Virus record (IMG/VR): IMGVR_UViG_3300017783_004405
Location: 1-30,252 of that record
Length of the DNA: 30,252 nt
Source of the DNA: a virus
Strand: one strand, 5' to 3'
Shown here: one piece after another, positions 24,822 to 30,252 of the stretch
How positions within the stretch are numbered: position 1 is the stretch's first letter
Layout of the letters: every line of letters starts with the position of its first letter
The notes under the pieces: model-generated
What the model was told of the DNA's origin: nothing
What the model saw: the letters and a program-made list of their open reading frames with translations, nothing else
Database searches by the model: none
Made by a program: the position numbers and the translations under genes

Positions 24822-24992
24822 TATTTTTATACAGGCTCGCCACCTGTTTTATTATTTTAGTTGATAAACAGGAAAACAACCACACGGAAGGGTTCTATTA
24901 TTAAGCTCCACCACTATGTCTTTATCTGGAACATAGAAACCAGGCGGCAACGTAATCACCCGCACCAGCAAGAATTATTAAACTCCCTTATC

Positions 24993-25661
24993 TTACGGGG
25001 ATAAAATACCAATAGGTTTATTTAAAGATTGTTCTTTAGTAGTTTCAAAGGTAAACGGATACCTAGAGATAGAAATGTTAAAACTTAAACTAATTCTATC
25101 ATTGGAAGTTTCATTTACATATGTACTATGCTCAAGAACTGATGGCCATAATATTAGCAATCCCTCCTCAAGTGGAAGTTCTTGCTGAGAATTATTATGA
25201 TTGTGAAGAAAATAAATAAAATTTCCATTTGTAAATGTAAATGGATTTTTCAAAACAAGATTACCATCCTTTTTATTTGTCTTCAAATAAAATACTCCTG
25301 AAATATCAGAGTTTCCATGACTATGTACAGGTGCATGTTTACCTTTAGTTGTACATGTAAACCAAGATTCAGTTACAATAAAATCAAAATTTGGAAAACC
25401 CAGTGATTTGAAATATTGCTCAACAGAATAATGCAAAAAAGTATTAAATTTATTACATCCTGTCAATATATTGCTAGAAAATAATGTCCCATCACTACCG
25501 ACTGTAACATCGTGTGATGTTAACGGATTAAAAGTATTTACGTTTTGTTTTAATTCAAGTGAATTAAATTTTTCATATAATTCACTTGATATACTCTTTC
25601 TGCAATTTTCAGTTACTTTCTCCATGTATATTGGAGTTGAAAACAAATTACTTAAACCCAT
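24993..25661 (-). CDS. Putative 2OG-Fe(II) oxygenase
   Basis: HAPVHSHGNSDISGVFYLKTNKKDGNLVLKNP, LLILWPSVLEHSTYVNETSNDRISLSFNI. Confidence 0.72.
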   Translation of the reverse strand: MGLSNLFSTPIYMEKVTENCRKSISSELYEKFNSLELKQNVNTFNPLTSHDVTVGSDGTLFSSNILTGCNKFNTFLHYSVEQYFKSLGFPNFDFIVTESWFTCTTKGKHAPVHSHGNSDISGVFYLKTNKKDGNLVLKNPFTFTNGNFIYFLHNHNNSQQELPLEEGLLILWPSVLEHSTYVNETSNDRISLSFNISISRYPFTFETTKEQSLNKPIGILSP

Positions 25662-25742
25662 TAGTTTCTATGTTTGACATAGTTTTTTTTCGTATGAAGG
25701 GGGTTCCCCGACCAGGGCAAGTTTAAGGTCTATCCGAGACCA

Positions 25743-25815
25743 TGCTCCCTGAGAGGATCGAACTCTCCTTAGGCAAATTATGAGTTTGCTGCATTCACCA
25801 GATTGCTAAAGGAGC
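25743..25815 (-). tRNA. tRNA with CAU anticodon (elongator Met or Ile2)
   Basis: GCTCCTT/AGGGAGC acceptor, anticodon arm GCAAA-CTCATAA-TTTGC, T arm GAGAG-TTCGATC-CTCTC; 73 nt; no encoded CCA. Confidence 0.92.
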
Positions 25816-25872
25816 ATATCTATATTCTAATGCTTATGCTGTATTGTGTCAAGGAAAACAACTTGATTTGTT

Positions 25873-26097
25873 TCAGGGACCTTCATTATTTAAATCTACA
25901 TACATCCTAATTAGTTCATCATCTGCAGGTATCATTACTGCTCTTTCTCCATTTTTATTCTCTACACCTATTGTCTCTCCATCCTCAACCCTTTCTATCA
26001 AAGATTCCCAATTCTCTTGCCAGTGTTCCACAGAGTAAAATTCAATGGTTGGTTTATTTATCATAAAACCTAGTTCAGCACTCAAATAGTATAGCAC
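25873..26097 (-). CDS. Small Phd/YefM-like (antitoxin-fold) protein, tentative
   Basis: FYSVEHWQENWESLIERVEDGETIGVENKNGERAVMIPADDELIRMYVD resembles Phd-type architecture; start possibly at MINKPTIEF. Confidence 0.5.
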   Translation of the reverse strand: MLYYLSAELGFMINKPTIEFYSVEHWQENWESLIERVEDGETIGVENKNGERAVMIPADDELIRMYVDLNNEGP

Positions 26098-26113
26098 AAT
26101 TTAAGAAAAATGT

Positions 26114-26413
26114 CTAGGAGTTTTTTTCTCTATTTCTTTTTGCAATTTCTATTCTTTTTCTCAAGTATTTCTCAGTCATCATCTGATATCTAGCATACTC
26201 TGGTTTAATTCTATTCATTACCGTAGTCCATCCACTATTCCTATCAGTATGCCTACGTCTAATAAATGCATCATAAATTAAAAGTTCTGCCTCAGATACA
26301 GTCATCCATCTATGCACCTTAGTTAGATTGATAGCATCTTGTTTTATGTAATCAAAAAAGTCATTCATGGGTTCCTCGGATTCATTCCTAAACTTTTTAA
26401 ATATTCCATCCAC
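26114..26413 (-). CDS. Hypothetical protein
   Basis: 99 aa ORF in gene chain. Confidence 0.55.
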   Translation of the reverse strand: MDGIFKKFRNESEEPMNDFFDYIKQDAINLTKVHRWMTVSEAELLIYDAFIRRRHTDRNSGWTTVMNRIKPEYARYQMMTEKYLRKRIEIAKRNREKNS

Positions 26414-26634
26414 CAGTCAGCATCTTTTATATACCTCCAGTTTGGAACAGGTTTACCCTGTTCCACAACATAATATTCATACAAAGCATCATCTATAGTC
26501 TGTGCGATCTGTAAATTCTTCTTCCTCATCATCAACGTCTGCATATGGGTCTGCCACATATGGTCCTCGTTCCCTGAAAGGTTCTTTTCCGACATAATCG
26601 TTTTCCGAATTAACAGCAGACACCCACACAGCAA
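26365..26634 (-). CDS. Hypothetical protein; likely starts further in (near 26529)
   Basis: 89 aa ORF; segment MMRKKNLQIAQTIDDALYEYYVVEQGKPVPNWRYIKDADWW appears protein-like; N-terminal part overlaps ORF 26489..26698. Confidence 0.5.
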   Translation of the reverse strand: MLCGCLLLIRKTIMSEKNLSGNEDHMWQTHMQTLMMRKKNLQIAQTIDDALYEYYVVEQGKPVPNWRYIKDADWWMEYLKSLGMNPRNP

Positions 26635-26698
26635 GTTTCATTACTATAAAAATAATAACCAGTGGTATAAAGCAACCGATTAAAATTACTGGATTCAT
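26489..26698 (-). CDS. Small membrane protein, hypothetical
   Basis: 69 aa; TM VILIGCFIPLVIIFIVMKLAVWV with acidic tail. Confidence 0.6.
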   Translation of the reverse strand: MNPVILIGCFIPLVIIFIVMKLAVWVSAVNSENDYVGKEPFRERGPYVADPYADVDDEEEEFTDRTDYR

Positions 26699-26847
26699 TT
26701 TTTATTATCCCCCAAATATTCAGATAAAGGATCTTTTCCATTTTGAACTATAGCACATGCTCTTTTATAAAACATATTATCGGTATTACCGGATTCTTCA
26801 AAAGTAAGTTTTACTTTCACCCAATTATCGTAGGTGTGATTATCCAT
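26695..26847 (-). CDS. Small hypothetical protein (50 aa, not in ORF track)
   Basis: MDNHTYDNWVKVKLTFEESGNTDNMFYKRACAIVQNGKDPLSEYLGDNKK*; ATGA overlap. Confidence 0.55.
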   Translation of the reverse strand: MDNHTYDNWVKVKLTFEESGNTDNMFYKRACAIVQNGKDPLSEYLGDNKK

Positions 26848-26946
26848 GTAAGTTCTTTAGATACATTATAATATATAATAATTAAAGAAGTTACATAGGT
26901 ATTTAATATGTTTATTTCATTATATTATTGAAGAAAATATTAAATT

Positions 26947-27195
26947 TTACCTTTCTTCAAACTCAAGTCTTTTAACTTTTCTTCTACGTCTATTTTCTTG
27001 ATATGCAAGTTCCTCTTTAGAGAAATGACTATCAAGTTTTCTTTCTAAGTTGTTTGTGACAATTACAACTTTGTCTAAATCAACTGCTCCAATTTTATCA
27101 TCAACAATGCTCATTTGATTTGGGCATCCACAAAATTGAATTTTTCTACTGCTGATTAACTCAGTTCTACATTCCTTACATCTTACAGTTAGCAT
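26947..27195 (-). CDS. Zinc-ribbon-like small protein
   Basis: VRCKECRTELISSRKIQFCGCPN: CxxC...CxC pattern; basic C-terminus. Confidence 0.55.
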   Translation of the reverse strand: MLTVRCKECRTELISSRKIQFCGCPNQMSIVDDKIGAVDLDKVVIVTNNLERKLDSHFSKEELAYQENRRRRKVKRLEFEER

Positions 27196-27196
27196 T

Positions 27197-27685
27197 TCAT
27201 TGCTCCATTTGGTAATCGACTGGTAATCCGAAACTCATAGTAACTCTAGGGGTATTTACAGTTGGATTGTGATAGACTTCTGAAGGTATGTATAAGGCAT
27301 CACCTGGATTTATTGTACGAATTAAACCATCATCAAATTCATATGACATTGATCCAATACACTGAACAAGTAAAACTGCCTCTGGGTCATTGTGTCTATC
27401 AAAACAATGACTACCTTTTATTTTTGATATGTAAAGATACATACTCTCAATCATAGGAAACTCAGAAAAAACAGAATCATATGCAGTTTTAATAGAAGGT
27501 GTTCTATAATTAGTTAAACCAATAATAGTAACTCTTTCTTCATTAACATCAGTTTCTTCTTTTAGAGCATAGAATGCACCATTATCAACATCAAAGTTGA
27601 CTTTCTTTACAGCATCATCCCAAATAACTTTTTTTGCTACTGGAAACCTATTTTCAAATACTTTTACCTTACTAATATCAGACAT
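27197..27685 (-). CDS. Putative 2OG-Fe(II) oxygenase/cupin-like protein
   Basis: CFDRHNDPEAVLLVQCIGSMSYEFDDG, NPGDALYIPSEVYHNP. Track start 27784 reads through the tRNA gene; true start MSDISKVKVFENRF at 27685. Confidence 0.6.
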   Translation of the reverse strand: MSDISKVKVFENRFPVAKKVIWDDAVKKVNFDVDNGAFYALKEETDVNEERVTIIGLTNYRTPSIKTAYDSVFSEFPMIESMYLYISKIKGSHCFDRHNDPEAVLLVQCIGSMSYEFDDGLIRTINPGDALYIPSEVYHNPTVNTPRVTMSFGLPVDYQMEQ

Positions 27686-27700
27686 ATTGTTTATATAAAA

Positions 27701-27771
27701 AGCGGGTGACGGGGATCGAACCCGTGACAAAAGCTTGGAAGGCTCACATGTTACCGCTACACCACACCCGC
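27701..27771 (-). tRNA. tRNA-Gly (UCC anticodon)
   Basis: GCGGGTG/CACCCGC acceptor, loop CTTCCAA, T arm ACGGG-TTCGATC-CCCGT; 71 nt; no encoded CCA. Confidence 0.93.
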
Positions 27772-27777
27772 AGTGGA

Positions 27778-27963
27778 TTAGCAATCCTCAAGATAATCTA
27801 ACATCAAACAATCAAGATTCTCTTTTTGAACTACCCAGTCTTTAATTTCATCATAAACACAGATTGCATCAGCAACTCTGTTCTCAGCACAAAGTTGATT
27901 CATACGATCAATATATTTATCTATTATGTTATTACAGATAGCATCAGTCTTTTGATTGTTCAT
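27778..27963 (-). CDS. Hypothetical protein, start at MNNQKTDAICN
   Basis: Track ORF 27778..28041; N-terminal part overlaps the GIY-YIG gene, so an internal start is likely. Confidence 0.45.
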   Translation of the reverse strand: MNNQKTDAICNNIIDKYIDRMNQLCAENRVADAICVYDEIKDWVVQKENLDCLMLDYLEDC

Positions 27964-28381
27964 GAAAATAATCCTTTCTGTAATAACGTCCAAGAATATT
28001 AGAATTATAATACTTTGGGTTATTATTGTCAAGAGTTTCAATCAAAACATTATTTACAAATAATTGTCGGGTCTCTTCATAATTTGTTTTTCCTTTTGTT
28101 TCATGTAAAGAAAGAATTTGTCTTTTGAAATTTTCTTTTCCAAATTGTTTCACATCCTCCTTTAATTCTGGACAAGACCCATAGTATTTTTTCCAATCGG
28201 ATTCTGATTTTACTTTACGTTTCTTCCCCTTTGGAGTTCTAAACGACCAAAAATACTTTCTCCCAATGTACTGTCGTTGGTTGGTGAGATTGGTAATGAG
28301 ATAAACAAAACCATAGTTGTCCAAAACATCGTCAGAAGTAAAAGGTCTCTCCAAAAATATCCAGGGATTTTCATAGCTCAT
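27944..28381 (-). CDS. GIY-YIG-family endonuclease
   Basis: NYGFVYLITNLTNQRQYIGRKYFW with downstream KYYGSCPELKEDVKQFGKENFKRQIL, typical phage GIY-YIG layout. Confidence 0.82.
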   Translation of the reverse strand: MSYENPWIFLERPFTSDDVLDNYGFVYLITNLTNQRQYIGRKYFWSFRTPKGKKRKVKSESDWKKYYGSCPELKEDVKQFGKENFKRQILSLHETKGKTNYEETRQLFVNNVLIETLDNNNPKYYNSNILGRYYRKDYFHEQSKD

Positions 28382-28455
28382 ATAGTATAGTCATCTGGAG
28401 CTATTTAGAGTTATAATATAACTTTGAAACTCCACAGAGTAATTTTACACATAAA

Positions 28456-28481
28456 AAAACACCCTGTCAAGAGGGTGTTTT
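28456..28481 (-). terminator. Rho-independent terminator downstream of ORF 28503..29951
   Basis: AAAACACCCT-GTCAAG-AGGGTGTTTT; T-run on minus strand. Confidence 0.82.
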
Positions 28482-28502
28482 AAATCTTAATCTTTAATGA
28501 CT

Positions 28503-29951
28503 TTACTTCTTCTTACGATTTCCTTCTAATGCCTTCAGTACGTCGGTGACATTAGCAGCAGCACGGCTACCATACTCTCTACCCATCTTACCAACCATTC
28601 TATTCTTGTAAGGATGCTCTCTATCCATTCTCTGAGAGACGGTTTCCATTTCTCCACCCTTTCTCTTCATTTTAGAGTCGGGTCTTGCTCTGGAATACCA
28701 ATCCTTATTGAGCTTCTCTGGGTTATATCCACCCTTCTCTTGAGTCTCCTTATCACCTTTGACTGCTGGACGGTCTGCTGAACGTCCACCTGTAATAGAA
28801 CCTCTGAGTTTATTTGATTGGGCTATACCCTTTGCTCTAAACTTAGTGAACTTTTCAATGTTCTTTGCTGCTTTCTCTTTGTTAGCAGCTTTCTCTACTG
28901 CTTTTTTCTTATCGACATCTTTATATGCTTCTTCGATGTCTTCATCGGTTGCTTCGGTAAGATCATAACCAGCAATTTCGAGATTTTCAACAAATACGTT
29001 GTAATCTTCTACATACTCGTTATACTCTTCAAGGATTGTTCCTACCCAAGCAGAAGACATTGCTTCCATCATTGAGTTTGCGTCATTGATATCTTCTGCA
29101 AAACTATTTTCTAGAAGATATGATGCGACGATGTTGTAAATTAATTCTTCTTGAGCCATTTCTGAAATACTCCCGTTATTGTATTCAGTATCTTCTTTAT
29201 TTAGAGTATTTTCTTCTTTCATTTTTTTCTTTAGATTTGCCTTGCGATACTCTATGTCAGCACGGGTTCCACGGTCCATTCTACCTTGTGCCTTTGGTTT
29301 CTTAGAACCACCAGCAGGTTGTGGACCAGCACCACCATCGTCAACTCTTCTACCATGAGAGTATTTTGCACCACTCATCTTAGAGTCACCAGAGATCATC
29401 TTACCACCCTGTGATCGACCGTCTTGATACTCTTTCTCAGACTGACCGTGCTTACCCTTGTAACCTTCCATTTCTATTTCTTCTTTTACTTCATCACCCT
29501 TTGGGTCTTCTTTGATCTTTCTCATTGCCTCTTCTTTAGACATGCCAGAAGCAATCATTCTTGCGATGCGAACATCATCAAAGTCATTATCTCCATCCTT
29601 ATCCTGGTCTTCCTTCTTTGCCTCATACATTAATGAGTATATCTCTGAAATATCATTAACTGTAGACACCGAACCCCACTGTGCATTTCCTAGAATACCA
29701 CTTGCAGACTTAAGTGGTTTTGTCGATGGAGTAGAAGATGTTATATGTGTTACCACTTCTGCTTCTTCACTTAGAGTCACCTGTTTTTGAGGAACAGGTG
29801 ACTCTGCAGACTTGATATGACTTTCATAGATGCCAAGACCATCTGTAATCGTTTTTGCCGTTGTTGGCTTATCCGTTACAGATGGCTCAGAATCTTCAGT
29901 AAAAATACCTTTATATAGATTTTGTAACGCACTTAGATCTTCCTTCTTCAT
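28503..29951 (-). CDS. Large charged phage protein, likely structural; function unknown
   Basis: 482 aa; repetitive charged segments (KKPKAQGRMDRGTRADIEYRKANLKKKMKEEN, KKAVEKAANKEKAAKNIEKF). Confidence 0.7.
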   Translation of the reverse strand: MKKEDLSALQNLYKGIFTEDSEPSVTDKPTTAKTITDGLGIYESHIKSAESPVPQKQVTLSEEAEVVTHITSSTPSTKPLKSASGILGNAQWGSVSTVNDISEIYSLMYEAKKEDQDKDGDNDFDDVRIARMIASGMSKEEAMRKIKEDPKGDEVKEEIEMEGYKGKHGQSEKEYQDGRSQGGKMISGDSKMSGAKYSHGRRVDDGGAGPQPAGGSKKPKAQGRMDRGTRADIEYRKANLKKKMKEENTLNKEDTEYNNGSISEMAQEELIYNIVASYLLENSFAEDINDANSMMEAMSSAWVGTILEEYNEYVEDYNVFVENLEIAGYDLTEATDEDIEEAYKDVDKKKAVEKAANKEKAAKNIEKFTKFRAKGIAQSNKLRGSITGGRSADRPAVKGDKETQEKGGYNPEKLNKDWYSRARPDSKMKRKGGEMETVSQRMDREHPYKNRMVGKMGREYGSRAAANVTDVLKALEGNRKKK

Positions 29952-30041
29952 TTTCTTACAGGGAAAGTAGTAACAACCGTTATATACTTATATTTAGTAT
30001 ATAAGTATTCTAAAGGTTTTGTATTTGTCCCACGAAGAAAA

Positions 30042-30251
30042 TCAAGAAATAAACTGCTTCCAGTAATCGTATGCGGTTTCTTCCTTTCGGGTTTTCATCT
30101 TTTCTACTCTTCGTTCTGCTTTGTTGCCGGTTCCACCATAATGCCTAGACTTAATTGGATTTTTAGCAGTTTTTCGGTTAGGTGGTGTTCCTCCGAGACC
30201 ATCAACATTAGCACGACCAATATGCTGAATATCTTTAACGTTTTGACCTTT
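30042..30251 (-). CDS. C-terminal part of a basic hypothetical protein (runs off window)
   Basis: Minus frame ...KGQNVKDIQHIGRANVDGLGGTPPNRKTAKNPIKSRHYGGTGNKAERRVEKMKTRKEETAYDYWKQFIS*. Confidence 0.55.
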   Translation of the reverse strand, partial: KGQNVKDIQHIGRANVDGLGGTPPNRKTAKNPIKSRHYGGTGNKAERRVEKMKTRKEETAYDYWKQFIS

Positions 30252-30252
30252 A

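Noticed and set aside
24823-24992. Possible glutamine riboswitch (glnA-type) suggested by ACGGAAG
   Set aside because: Only a short fragment resembles the conserved GGACGGAAGUAGGU core; the flanking consensus is absent. A covariance-model search would settle it.
27686-27784. N-terminal extension MLIHCGCGVAVTCEPSKLLSRVRSPSPAFYINN of ORF 27197..27784
   Set aside because: It is translation through the tRNA-Gly gene; the real protein most likely starts at 27685.
1-30252. Transposons, integrase, rRNA, CRISPR arrays or canonical anti-phage defence operons
   Set aside because: None recognised on either strand by motif reading; the closest candidates are the GIY-YIG gene and the Phd-like ORF, reported separately.

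Overview
The window looks like one contiguous segment of a T4-like marine cyanophage (cyanomyovirus) genome. Nearly all genes are on the minus strand. It opens inside a photosystem II D1 gene (psbA, truncated by the window start). It then carries small membrane/structural ORFs, a staphylococcal-nuclease-like gene, 6-phosphogluconate dehydrogenase (gnd), plastocyanin (petE), a holin-like/metallopeptidase-like/lysozyme-like stretch, a thioredoxin-fold protein, a 2Fe-2S ferredoxin (petF), two high-light-inducible (hli) genes and a short exported beta-barrel-like protein. A ~10.5 kb sugar/methyl-transfer island follows: GT25, three GT11 paralogs, two paralogous GT2/GT7-like enzymes, GT10, two FkbM and two other class-I methyltransferases, an SDR, and a GDP-mannose-3,5-epimerase-like enzyme. 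The right end has two tRNA genes (Met/Ile-CAU and Gly-UCC), 2OG-Fe(II) oxygenase-like genes, a Phd-like solo antitoxin candidate, a GIY-YIG nuclease and a large structural-type ORF. The least explained features are a three-gene plus-strand block of predicted exported proteins beside psbA (with an odd start for gene 3), the pairing of a GME-like epimerase with four fucosyltransferase-family genes, and an exported HEGWH-motif protein next to holin- and lysozyme-like genes. No CRISPR array, transposon or rRNA was recognised. All family calls are by eye from motifs; no searches were run.
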